From Phaeosaccion multiseriatum (lineage: Eukaryota > Protista > Ochrophyta, other classes): a stretch of DNA of 64,000 bases. The stretch spans positions 2,728,001 to 2,792,000 of the forward strand of contig OZ218954.1 in assembly GCA_965112735.1 (NCBI GenBank). Reading direction: 5' to 3'. A program made the position numbers and the translations under genes. Below, in pieces: positions 43,887-64,000 of the stretch; position 1 is the stretch's first letter, and each line of letters begins with the position of its first letter. The notes beneath the pieces are model-generated. The model was not told the DNA's origin. It was given only the letters and a program-made list of their open reading frames with translations, and did no database searches.

Positions 43887-46800
43887 CTTGGGAGACTCTT
43901 GTGCGGGAGGGGAGGGGAGGCGAAAGAGCACCCAAGATGCAAAGACGACCGCTGATGTGGCGTTGGGCCGACAAGAAGGGGGCACATTGTAACGGAAACA
44001 TAACGGCAATTGTCTCACAGCTGTCTGGATCCGCCCGCGACGAGCATGTATACCCAACATTGGTGGTGGTGTGGCATTTGAGGCAACACGCCAGGGAGCG
44101 TATGTGAGCCACAAGCCTATCTGGTGCCAACTCTTAAACCTTACAAGCACCCACCCACCCACCCACGTAGGTATAGGTACGTGCGTCCATACGTAAGCAA
44201 CGTACCTGTCAAAGTACAGCTGCTGCTTGATGAGGAGACCGAACTCTCTCGGCAGCTTGAGGCCGTTGTCGTTGGACACTTGCACAAGCTCCATGAGAAG
44301 ACCGGTTACTTCGTCGTCGGTGGCCGAGCCGACATCACCGCCCTGCATGGCATCCACAACCTTACAACACGGAGAGTATAGTGTATTACACCGCACAGGA
44401 GCAGCAAGAGGGGATGGCAGTGGATGGGATGGCAGCAAGAGGGGATGGCAGTGGATGGGATGGCAGCAAGAGGGGATGGCAGTGGATGGGATGGCAGCAA
44501 GAGGGGATGGCAGTGGATGGGCAGGGCAGGGCAGGACAGAACAACAAGACATGGGGCAGCAACAGAGTTGCAGCGGGCGCGGTGACGGTGAGAGCGGCCC
44601 GAGGAAAGGAGGGAGGGAGGGGGGGGGGGCAGTACGCGGGGTGGAGAAAGAAAAAGAGAGGAAGCACGGAACGGAAGGGGACGACGAGGGGAGAGCGACC
44701 ATTGGCCCATGCACACCAAGATAAGATAAGATAAGATAAGATAAGAAGCCCTGGGTACACACTACACCCAGCATTGCCTTCTACTGCCATCCACCCACTG
44801 CCATTCATCTGCTGCCATCCATCCACCACCATCCATGTACCCACTGCCATCCATCCACTGCCATGCACCCCGCTGCCATCCATCTGCTGCCATCCATCCA
44901 CTGCCATCCATGTACCCAGCACAGTCTTGCGCAGCACGTCCTGTAGTCAGTACGCGAAGAAGGAGTAACTCGCCGGATGGAGGTTGTCCACAACACCAGT
45001 GCAGTGAAAGTGAAGAGCTGCCCGCCGCGTGCCACCCCCCGAACCCTTCCTCCCTCCCTCCCTCCCTCCCTCCCTCCCTCCCTCCCTCCCTTCCTTCCTC
45101 CCTTCCTCCCTCCCTCCCTCCCTCCCTCCCTCCCTCCCTCCCTCCCTCCCTCCCTCCCTCCCTCCCTCCCTCCCTCCCTCCCTCCCTCCCTCCTTCCCTC
45201 CCTCCCTCCCTCCCTCTCTCCCTCCCTCCCTCCCTCCCTCCCTTCTCTCACCGCCGGATCCAGGTTGTTGAACTTGCTCCACAGCCCTTTTAGGTCCATT
45301 GCAAAGCGGTCAATGTCCACCGTGCCCACTGTGGCGCCCATCACACACAACGACTCTGCCATTGCTTCAAAGTTCTCCTCCACAAGGGCATCCGCGAGAC
45401 CGCTCACTCCCTTCCATGTGCCTGGGTGGGGGAGAGAGGGAGGGAGGGAAGGGGGAGGGGTGTACGTAAAGCATTACGTAAGCACGGTGTGCAGGGGGTG
45501 AGGTGAGCGAGGATTGGCGACGATGGAAGCATTATGTAAGTCGCACTCTTTTGCAGACTTGTCGGTCCCCAAATGACTTTGACAACGACGGCAAGCCTCG
45601 CACACTGCACACGTTACTTCGCAAGGCTTCTTCCTCTTTCTTTGTTCGCTTTCACTCTTTGCAGTCACTCACCCGGAGAGAATCTCCCCACAATGCCAAA
45701 GTCAATGAAACCCACTCGCCCATCGTCGAGCACGAGCAGATTCCCAGCTGTAGAACCAACACGTACGGACAAAAAGAAAAGTCAGTAGTGCGAGCGGTAC
45801 AGGGGGGGGGAAGAGGGCAGGAGAGGTGGGCACTTCGTAACTAGGCCTTCATCCTCCTGTGTTGCCACGTACAGACAGAGAGCTAAGCAGATAGGCAGAC
45901 ACGCCGGGAGGGGAGGCCCCAGGCCGGGGGTAGGGAAGTAGGAAAGCGAGGAAGTCGCGCGCGCACACACACACAGCGGCTTGCTTCCCCTCCCCTCCTC
46001 TTACAGGCTTCCCCCCCTCGTATAGTCACACACATGCACAAACACACACACACACACACACATGTACACACACGCACAAACACACACAGAGACACACACA
46101 CATGTACACATGCACACACGCATACGTGCACAATTACGTATGCTTAGGTTGACTCCTTCCGGAAACATCTCTCTTACCGTGTACGTCTGCGTGGAAGAAA
46201 TCGTTCTGCGGGATGGGGCGTCAGGACAGAGGGTGTCAGGACAGAGAGTGTCAGGACAGAGGGTGTCAGGACAGAGAGTGTCAGGACAGAGAGTGTCAGG
46301 ACAGAGGGTGTCAGGACAGAGGGTGTCAGGACAGAGGGTGTCAGGACAGAGGGTGTCAGGACAGGGTGTCAGGACAGAGGGTGTCAGGACAGAGGGTGTC
46401 AGGACAAAGGGTGTCAGGACAGAGGGTGTCAGGACAAAGGGCGTCAGGACAGAGGGTGTCAGGACAGAGGGTGTCAGGACAGAGAGTGTCAGGACAGAGG
46501 GTGTCAGGACAGAGAGTGTCAGGACAGAGAGTGTCAGGACAGAGAGTGTCAGGACAGAGGGTGTCAGGACAGAGGGTGTCAGGACAGAGAGTGTCAGGAC
46601 AGAGAGTGTCAGGACAGAGGGTGTCAGGACAGAGAGTGTCAGGACAGAGAGTGTCAGGACAGAGAGTGTCAGGACAGAGAGTGTCAGGTGTCAGGACAGA
46701 GGGTGTCAGGTGTCAGGACAGAGGGTGTCAGGACAGAGAGTGTCAGGACAGAGAGTGTCAGGACAGAGGGTGTCAGGACAGAGGGTGTCAGGACAGAGAG

Positions 46801-48374
46801 TGTCAGGACAGAGGGTGTCAGGACAGAGGGTGTCAGGACAGAGAGTGTCAGGACAGAGGGTGTCAGGACAGAGAGTGTCAGGACAGATGGCGTCAGGACA
46901 GAGGGTGTCAGGACAGAGAGTGTCAGGACAGAGAGTGTCAGGACAGAGAGTGTCAGGACAGAGGGTGTCAGGACAGAGAGTGTCAGGACAGAGAGTGTCA
47001 GGACAGAGAGTGTCAGGACAGAGGGTGTCAGGACAGAGGGTGTCAGGACAGAGGGTGTCAGGACAGAGGGTGTCAGGACAGAGGGTGTCAGGACAGAGGG
47101 TGTCAGGACAGAGGGTGTCAGGACAGAGAGTGTCAGGACAGAGGGTGTCAGGACAGAGAGTGTCAGGACAGAGAGTGTAAGGACAGAGGGTGTCAGGACA
47201 GAGAGTGTCAGGACAGAGGGTGTCAGGACAGAGAGTGTCAGGACAGAGATATGAGTGTCAGGACAGAGAGTGGAGTGCCAGGACAGAGAGTGTCAGGACA
47301 AAGGGCGTCAGGACAGAGGGTGTCAGGACAGAGGGTGTCAGGACAGAGAGTGTCAGGACCGAGGGTGTCAGGACAGAGAGTGTCAGGACAGAGGGTGTCA
47401 GGACAAAGGGCGTCAGGACAGAGGGTGTCAGGACAGAGACAGAGGGTTCAGTGACTTACTGACCTTCATGACGGACAGCGTCCAGGTGTTGAGTGCGTCA
47501 ATGAGTGTTTGGGCAGGGTCGTCTGTGTACTCTCCGATGGCGTCGAGGTCAGTGAGGGATACGCCTCGAAGGCGCTCCATCGTCAGCACCTTCTTGGTTG
47601 TCGCATCCCAGTACACCTTCATTGTGTGTGTGTGTTTTCGTGTGGGCATGGCAAGACAGCACAGCGAACAAAACGTGCGGGTGGGTAAGGTTGAGGTGGG
47701 CAGGATTGGGCATGGGAATAGCAAAGCAGCAGAGAGAGAAAGAGAGAGGGCGAAGAGAGAGAAGGGCAGAGCTGAGCAGAGGGGGAGGGGAGGGGAGCAG
47801 TTCAGAGAAGAACAGCATCTCAACCCAGCCCCTCTTTCAGCGTGTCTCTCTCCTCGTGTCCATCTCTCTCTCTCTTTCTCCTCTCTGTCTCTCTTTCTCC
47901 TCTGTCTCTCTCTCTTTCTCCTCTCTCTTTCTCCTCTCTCTCTCTCTCTTTCTCCTCTCTCTCTCTCTTCTCTCCGTCTCTCTCCATGTCTGTCCCACCT
48001 TCGGACACGTGGACACCTTCAACAGCCTCTCTCTCTCCAAGAAGTCACTGAAGGTGCTAAGGTTCTTGGCCTCAAGCTCAAAGTCAAGCTCGTCCAGCAT
48101 GGAGGTGCGAATGTCTCCAACTATGTCGGATGTGGATAGGCGCGTGGCGAAGCGGGGGTTCACCAGCTCCACCACACGAGACCTGTCCTCAGGCAAGCAG
48201 GGAGGCACGCAGACACACAGAGAGAGAACACACGCCGAACAGCCAACATGCACACGCATACACGTACACACACACGCGCATACATACACATACATACACG
48301 CCAACGGCCAGTCAACACACGAAGAGGGGGTTTGGCTTGAAGTGAGAGGTGGCGGCAAGAAGGATGTGTACGGG

Positions 48375-48408
<34 letters not shown>

Positions 48409-50210
48409 AGGCAGAGCCATACTTACACCACGTAGAGGAAGCTGAGATCGGTGTTGAGAACCGAGCCCACGCCTGGCTTTTGCACCTTAATTACAACGTC
48501 TGAGCCGTCCTTCAACCGAGCCTCGTACACCTGACCATCCAGGGCAGAGCATTAGCGGAGTTAGTCAGCCCCGTTCCATTTCCAACCCCAGAGCCCCGCA
48601 AGCCAAGCCAAAGGGCTGAAAGAAGGGCCCCCTTGGGCTCATGCAGTAGTAGAAGGACGGGATTGCTTTCCATCTGCTCTCTCCGTCTCTCTGTGGGTGA
48701 GGTGCAGTCACTCATCGCTGCTGGCGAGGAGTAGGAGGGGGCTTGGAGGGAGCGAGTTGTGGGCACGAGTAGTTGGGGAGGTACTGGGGCCCAATTCGAC
48801 TCACCTGCGCGATGGAAGCGGAGGCGAGGGGCTTCGTGTTGACGTAAGCGTACACTTCCGTCAGCGGCCGCCCGAGATCCTTCTCAATTATGCGGCGCAT
48901 TCGCCTCCAGGACACGGGCTCCGTGCTGAGAGAGGAGAGGGAAGGGAAGAAGCAGGAGAAAGACCAACCAAGAGGGACGAGGGTGAGACGTGCATCCTAT
49001 ATATCACTAGTATGTCAACGATAGCACTAATATGTCAACGAAGAAGAAGCCCCTCGGGGGGCAGGCTGTGTGTTTGGGACGTTCGGCTAGAGTTGGGCCC
49101 TTCGCGACGATGCGAACGACTGCGGGGGAGGGTGGGAACTGAACACGACCCTCTGTAGTTTGGTAAGTGTGTAGGTAGGTGAGCGGGTAGGTGTAAGACA
49201 GGACGAGGTGCTTTGGACGCCCTCGTTACCGCCCTCCCGCTCTTCTTCCCCAGGACCCTAGGCCTGGACTCACGGCCCGCTTTCTCTCTATCTCTCTTTC
49301 TCTGCGCAAAGAGACAAAGCTCTCGAACGCTGTGCCTCCCGCACCAACCTGTCGAGCAATTTCTGGAACTCCCGTACGTACTCCGGCGGAAATAGGCTCG
49401 GCGAGGAGGCAATGAACTGCCCTATCTTGACGTACGTGGCTCCCAGCCCCTCGAATAGCTCTCTAAGGAGCTTGGGCGGCGCCTTGTCGACTGTCTCTCT
49501 CAGTGACTGCCCCCTGGCCACGCTGCCGATGATCCCCCTCGTGAGGCTTAAGCTGCTGATCATGGCTGCCCGAGCCGCGGTCACCGTTCTGGAGGTGCCG
49601 GACCCGACGCCAACCCCCCTTATCATTCCCACCGTCTCCGACAGAAGATCCCGACTCTCGGCTGCAAGAGGCACACAGACAGACACACGTAGGCAGTAGG
49701 GGGCATGGGTATGCAAAGCAAAGAAACAGAAGGGTGAGGAGCGCAAGACGAGAGACGCCAGACCACCCTCCTTTTCCCTGCCCTCTCTTGGAAGCTTCAT
49801 CGCTGACGCGGTGCGCAGTTCTCAAGCCTTGGCGTCTTACATAGTATTTGCCGAGCGCTCCTCTTGCCCTCTCCCTCGATCCCTTCTGGCTCGTTCGTCG
49901 CTCTCGCTGTGGTGGTGCTGCTGCTCCTGCTGCTGCTGCCCCTATCCCCCTCAAGGCTGGCATGGCGATAAGACCCTCGAAATAAGCCGCGGATGGAGGC
50001 GCTGCTGCTACTACTACTGCTACTGCTGCTGCTGCCACTACTACTCCTGCTCCTCTTGGAGTGTCCCCTGAGCACTGCTGCCCGTCCGGACCTCGCTGCT
50101 AGCCTAGGCGTCGCGACGAAAGCCGCGCCGTTGTGGAGCACGACGAAGATGGGTACTAGCAGGAGCAGCAGACCCGCTCCCGTGGCGCTGGAGAGAGGAG
50201 CGAGCCTCAT
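43442..50210 (-). CDS. ABC1/UbiB (aarF) atypical kinase, plastid ABC1K9-like, with a bipartite-type presequence
   Basis: Exons give [68 protein letters not shown] and [25 protein letters not shown]. The N-terminus has [17 protein letters not shown]|FV. Confidence 0.93.
46219..47437. repeat. 15-bp minisatellite (GTGTCAGGACAGAGR), ~80 units, ~1.2 kb, inside an ABC1 intron
   Basis: Seen directly. It has two main variants (GAGAG/GAGGG). Confidence 0.97.
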
Positions 50211-50583
50211 CACTTGGTGACTCAGTCCAAGGAAGGCCTCCGAACAGTTGGAATCTATACAGCAGGAAGATGAAGGGATGTTTCGAAGATGAAGACAAAT
50301 GCCACAGACAGAGGAGTGCAGCAGGGGATGCGCACTGTTCGCAGAGGGAGGTTTAAAGTGATGGAGGCAGGGGTTATCAAGCAAGAAGGCCACGCCGATG
50401 GTCGTCTGCTGCCATCGCGCCCCGTTACTTTTTCCTTTTCTCCTTTTTTTTTTTCCTCTCTCCCTGTCCTCATCTCCCTGCCTTGCCTTCTCAACGAGCA
50501 AACACACGTCGCGTAGCCACATAACCTCCCACAAGACGTTGAAATAGGCAGATGAAAGCGTGAAGAGAGGGGCTCAATTCTAA

Positions 50584-52007
50584 ATGGGTGTGAAGAGACG
50601 ACTCAGTTGCTGGGGGGCAGGAGCTACGGCAGTAGTGCTCCATGCGCGAGCACTACATGCGTGGCCATCACCTGTGCATGCCATCGCGTCGGAAGCAGCA
50701 GAAGCAGCAGAAAAAGTAGCAGCAGCTGTAGTAGTAGCACCGGCAGGGGCACGAGCAGGATCGACCGTACAAGGGCCCGCAGTATCAGCGCAACGCCTGC
50801 TCGACGAAGTGGGAGCTGAGGAAGCGGAAATCAGCTGCTGCGCCCCCCCTTACACCACCAGGGACTGCAACACTGCTTACGTTGACGAGACCACGGGAAC
50901 AGAGTGGGCCTGCGAGTCGACCGCGAGTTTGTACTTGACCTGCGGCAGCTGCTCGGTCACCTCGGCCGTCTCCGAGGCGAGCTGCTCCTCCTGCTGCAGC
51001 TCCGTGGTAGACGAGTGCATGGATGAAAAGGTAGAATGGTTGGTGTACATCGCCTTGCTCGTCGTCTTGTCCATGTGCTGCCTATGCAGTGTCGCGTGCG
51101 CCTTCACTGAAACGAGGCGGAGGAGGAAGGGCATGTCTTTCGCAAGGTCAGTGGCTTTGCCGAGCGGGGAGGAGAGCAGTGGTGGTGACCAAGCCAATTC
51201 CGAGGCGTGCTCCTTCCCTGTCATGTACGTTCGCCCATCTTCTCCTACTTTCTGCAAGGCTGACTGGCGTTTCGCCCCCTCTCCCTCCCTCCCTCCCTCC
51301 CTCCCTCGTACCCTTCCTCTTGCTGCTGATGCTTCTTTCCACCTGGTGCCGCATCCCGAAACTGTTGAACAGAGCCTACAGCCTCCCTCAAGGTATGCCG
51401 ATAGTGAGAGCGACTGTCGCTTCGTTTCGCCAGGGTGGCCGCGCGGGTGGCGGGGGGCGGAAGGACGGACAGCAGGTAAGCGTTCGTTCTCGTCGAGCAA
51501 GAAAGCACATCAACTTCTCCGACTGCGTACTGAGTACTCCACCACTACCACACCTCCTTCTCCTCCTCCTGAATGGCTGCACAGGCTGACGGCGACTCTA
51601 CCATGGAAGGTGGTGACGCCTTCGCAGATGATGATGGCTCCGCCCCCATTCCTATCGCAGCCATGACAGACGACGACCTGGGGCTAACAGCCGTGCCCTA
51701 CACTCCCACCGCACTCTTCTGTAGAGCCCCGCGAGGACAGGAAGGTCCCTCTAGGCTCGTCCTCCCTGGCGACTCTAGGGCCAGCGACGTGCGAGGAAGC
51801 AGGCATCCCCACTATCGCTTGGAGCAGGGCCAGGCGCCGCAGGTGGAGGTCGGGTCGGGGACCGCCGCCGGAGAGGTGAGGGTGACGGTGGCGTCTGCTG
51901 GTGTCCCTCCGAACCGCTCTTCGGGGAGAGGCGGTGGGGGCGGGGTAGGTGGGGATGATGACCTTTCTTCTTCCTTGCTGGAGAGAGACTCTCTGGCGGA
52001 GCGGTGA
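50584..52007 (+). CDS. Unknown single-pass membrane protein with a small Cys-rich ectodomain
   Basis: Signal-like N-terminus, then CC...C...C...CGSC...CSSCC...C, a TM segment WLVYIALLVVLSMCCLCSVACAF and RRRRK. Probably three exons. Confidence 0.6.
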
Positions 52008-52311
52008 CGACAGGTCGACGACTTGCGACAGCCGCTTCAAAAGCTACTAAGGACCTTTCTTTGTACAGACAGCCTCCAAATCTTTGATTTAGACTTTGTA
52101 TAGCTTCTTCGGTATTGTACTTAATGACATTGCTGTTACCAATATTACGTTATTACGGTACGTACGATATATCCGTACGACCGGCGTCCCAGTGACCGAC
52201 GAGTGGTCGCCAACTTGGAGCGTTTCATTTTTGGAGCACCAACGTGTGGCACCCAACCTTCCGGCGGGAATTCTCGATGTTGCTCCCACCTGGCGTGGCC
52301 AACATACAGAT

Positions 52312-60310
<7,999 letters not shown>

Positions 60311-61184
60311 TCACCACAAATTAGTAGACTGATAGATTGAATTGATACAAATCAATCCTGCGTAGTCCTACACACACACACACTCCGTCCCTTGCGCACA
60401 CACGCGCATGCATGTCGCTCCCCACAAACACACTCACGCACGCACACGCGCACACACACGGGCACACATCCTTTTCTCGCGAAATCGCAGTATACAGTAG
60501 ATAGAAAAAGAGTGAATTTGTTTTGGAATACCCTTTACTGCGTCTTAGCTGTTGAGTGAGACTTGAAGGCTTCTATGAACCCAATCTGAACAGGGAGTAT
60601 GAGTCTGATTCGACACCGCTTTGGACCACTTAGACGAACTTTGACCCAGCTTCGAGGCAGCTTTGAATCAACTTTGAGAAGTCGGGTAAGAGCGGGTCAC
60701 ATGCTCAAAGTTGGCTCAAAGGTGACTCAACTTGGCTCAAAGGTGGCTCAAAGCTGGCTCAAACTAGGGCTCAAAGGTGATTCAAAAGCGGTTCAGCCAG
60801 ACGTTTGTTCATTCGGGGCTCAAGTCTCACTCAACCGCGAACGCGCAGTAAGGGGAGCCGCACACCCGGTGGCCGCCGGTAGGTAGAATCGACCCCTGAC
60901 GTGCTATCGACCACATTCTCGACATACTATCGGGCCCTGGGGGCCCGATAGCGGATAGCACGCCGGCTGACGCTGGCGATAGCAGATAGCACACCGGCTG
61001 GCGCCGGCGATAGCAGAAAGCAGATAGTAAGTGAGGGGGAGAGGAGAGGAGAGGAGAGGAGAGCAGAGTATAGTAGAGTAGAGCAGAGTAGAGGAGAGGA
61101 GAGCAGAGTATGGTAGAGTAGAGCAGAGGACAGCAGAGGTCTACCCAGGCTCTCTCGCACACAGGCAGGGCTCTCTTGCGATAC

Positions 61185-61253
61185 ACAACGCACACACACA
61201 CAAACACACACACACGCACGCACACACACGCACGCACACACACGCACACACAA

Positions 61254-61284
<31 letters not shown>

Positions 61285-61292
61285 AACACACA

Positions 61293-61371
<79 letters not shown>

Positions 61372-61374
61372 ACG

Positions 61375-61437
<63 letters not shown>
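61185..61437. repeat. (CA)n microsatellite upstream of HTATSF1
   Basis: Seen directly. Confidence 0.95.
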
Positions 61438-61441
<4 letters not shown>

Positions 61442-61583
61442 GAACACATCGAAACACAAAACCAAACCATTACTATTAGGCAGTAGATGGCACCAGATGT
61501 CCCCTTCCCCCCGTCCCCCCTGTCCCCCCCCGTCCTCCTCTCTCCTCTCTTGGGTCAGCCCAGTGGGCAAGAAATCGGGCTAG

Positions 61584-62626
61584 ATGAACGGAACTAAAGC
61601 GAGCTCAAGTGGGGGGGCTTCGGGTCCACCCTCGGTAAGCAAGCAGTGGTTTTATCTGCCTCCACCTCCTCCGCCGGTCTCTGGCGAGAATGGCGATGGA
61701 AAGGCGCAGCAGCAGCCGCCGCAGAAGGGACCTGTATCCGAGGCGGCCCTTTTTCTCTTGCTACAGAGCCGCCAAGTGCCCCCCCACGCGCTTGGCTGGA
61801 CCCCTGGGCAGGATGAGTGGAAGCCCCTCCTAGAGCTCACACCCTTTGACATAGTCGCTCGGGCTCTGGCCACGGGGTGGATGTTCATGGGGCAGCCGGA
61901 GGAAGGAGAAGCAGCGGCTGCGGTAGAAGGAGGAGGAGAGCAGAAGCCGAGGCTGGTGCAGAAGGGACCTGTGCACGCCTTGGCTCTCGTGCACATGTTT
62001 GCCCAAGGAGAGCTGGACGGGATGACGCTGGTGTGGTCGGAAGGGATGAGCGACTGGAAGCCTTTGGCGGAGGTGAGGAGCAGGAGCAGGGGATTGAATT
62101 TCATCTCTCTTTCTCCTCTCCTTTGCTGTCATTTCTCTCTCCATTCTTCACGTAGAGTAAAGCCGCCCCTCCCCACCCTGCCTCGTCTCCTTTGCCCTCT
62201 GCCCCTCACCTCAGTTGCCGGGGCTGAAGCAGCTCATGCAGATGGAGGCCGAAGGGGAGGAGGAGGCAGATATGGTGGAGAAGGACACAGCCCCTGCTGG
62301 GAACGCGCAGCCCGGGGGAGGAGGGGATATCTTGGAACAGACTCAAGCGGCTATGATGGTGTTCGAGCCAGAGGAGGAGAAGCAGCCAGCTCTCCCCCAA
62401 GAGATGCTGAACAAGATGAAAGAAAAGGTGCGTTGCCGTCTGTCGCTCCCCTGGGTTGCTTGGATGGGGCTCTCTGTCTCATAGAGCAGGTGTTTGATGA
62501 CGAGCAAGTCGTAAGCTGCTATGAGCTGTGCAACAAAACTGATTTTTGTCTCGCTCCCTTTCCCCAAGCGATTCTCTCTCTTCACTGATCGACTCGTTCG
62601 GCTTCTGCGTCGGTTGCTACTGCTGC

Positions 62627-62663
<37 letters not shown>

Positions 62664-63366
62664 GTCTCGCCCTCTATGCGTGTGTACCAAGCAGGATACA
62701 ACAAGAGGTTACACCAGCGACGGAGGCACCCGGTATATTTGGGACGCAGACACCGACGCTTGGCGAGAAGCTCTCGAGGGAGAGAGCATCAGCGAAGACG
62801 AAGACGAGGGAGGGGCGGGAGCAGAAACCAAAGGTGGGAAGGGCGAGGAGCCGGCATGGAGAGTGAACAAGAAGAAGAGAGAGGCGGCAAAGCAAGCGAT
62901 ATGGCAAGAGAAGCTGAGGCTAAAGAAGCTCAAGGCAGAAGAGGAGGGCATTGTGTGGGTGGAATCGGGCAAAGGGAAAGACGCACAAACGGGTGCGGCG
63001 ACTAACGGTGGAGATGATTCAGGAGCAGCAGCAGCAGGAGGAGGAGGAGGGGAAGGGGAAGGGGGGGAGGCGAAGAAGAAGAAGAGGGGCGGCGGCAAGA
63101 AGAAGAGGAGGCTGGCGTTTAGTGAAAAGGCGACCAAGAAGTGGGTCTATGTCAAAGGCCTTCCAACGGACGTTACCGAGGACGAGCTGGCCACGCACTT
63201 CAAACTGGTGAGGAATGATTGACTTGCTCCGGGGGGGTAGGGAGACGGGGGCAGTGGTGGGTACACAAGTTTCATCTTTCAACTTTCCCACTTACTTGCT
63301 CGCTTACTACTACTCACTCTTCGGAGGCGCTTTCCGGTGCCTGGTCATGGACTGAATTCCCCTCTC

Positions 63367-63414
<48 letters not shown>

Positions 63415-64000
63415 GGTTGTTGTTGTCGTCGTCCTTGTTGTTGCTGTTGTGTCGGTACGCACCTTTCTCTTAGGCCGGCATCCTCGCGCTGGACCCTCAG
63501 ACACAACAGCCCAGGATCAAGCTCTACAGAGATGCCCACGGAATGCCCAAGGGGGACGCCTCCCTCTGTTACCACTCGGAGGAATCCGTCGCTATGGCTC
63601 TGAGCATCTTGGACGGTGGCCAGATCCGACCGGGGGTGGTCATAAGCGTGAGCAAGGCAGTGTTCGAGCAAAGGGGCGACACATTTGACCCCTCCAAGGG
63701 GCTTCGAAAAGATGATGCGAGGGTGAAAGTGGCTCGAGCGGCCCAGTCACAAGCGCTTTCTTGGAGCGAAGCGGACGACTCCGGGGCCTTGGGGAAGGGA
63801 TTGAAGATTGTGGTGATCATGAATGTGTTTGACCCTGCGGACTTTAAAGCCGCGGCGGCTGCGGCCGAGGCAGAGCAGAGGAGGAGGAGGGCAGAGAGAA
63901 AGAGAAAGCGAAACAGTGGCACAGCAGGAGGAGGGGGTGGTGACGAGGAGGACAGCGAAGACGAGGTAGACGGGGCGGGAGCGTTTGGTAGCGAGCTCGA
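61584..64000 (+). CDS. HTATSF1: TAT-SF1/Cus2 U2 snRNP-associated splicing factor with two N-terminal GYF_2-like domains (3' partial)
   Basis: RRM1 reads WVYVKGLPTDVTEDELATHFKLAGILALDP...IKLYRD...KGDASLCY...SVAMALSILDG, followed by LSW and IVVIMNVFDP (start of the UHM). The N-terminus has two 'W(F/M)...QKGPV...W-x-x-G-x-x-x-WKPL' units. Confidence 0.9.

Noticed and set aside
46062-47454. Long ORFs (372 and 413 aa) of SGQRV/QDREC repeats
   Set aside because: Translations of a stop-free 15-bp minisatellite antisense to an ABC1 intron.
49866-49872. Possible GC donor in ABC1 exon 1
   Set aside because: A canonical phase-1 T|GTAAGA donor lies ~27 nt further on.

Overview
Gene-dense, intron-rich eukaryotic DNA. 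It is most likely from a flagellated, plastid-bearing stramenopile-type alga (inference from axonemal DNAL1 and CFAP97-domain genes and signal peptide + 'AAF' bipartite-type presequences). I traced about 13 spliceosomal genes by hand through GT-AG junctions: CFAP97-domain (partial), CCR4/nocturnin-like EEP hydrolase, an unknown disrupted Cys-rich gene, HSF-domain TF, RNASEK-like, SFT2, DNAL1, a ~3,100-aa ~32-exon surface protein with tandem PPC-like modules, TFB2/GTF2H4, ABC1/UbiB kinase, a Cys-rich membrane protein, an RI-type LRR protein and HTATSF1 (partial). Most long six-frame ORFs are artefacts of intronic micro/minisatellites. The most unusual signals are: (1) at 6.0-7.1 kb every reading-frame break coincides with a reverse-complement copy of adjacent coding sequence (two 65-bp-arm hairpins, a 26-bp and a 29-bp inversion), and each can be removed as a GT-AG segment to restore the frame; (2) many introns carry mutually complementary repeats at their 5' and 3' ends; (3) the giant modular surface protein. 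No rRNA, tRNA, CRISPR or transposase/RT sequence was recognised. All gene models are manual and lack transcript support.
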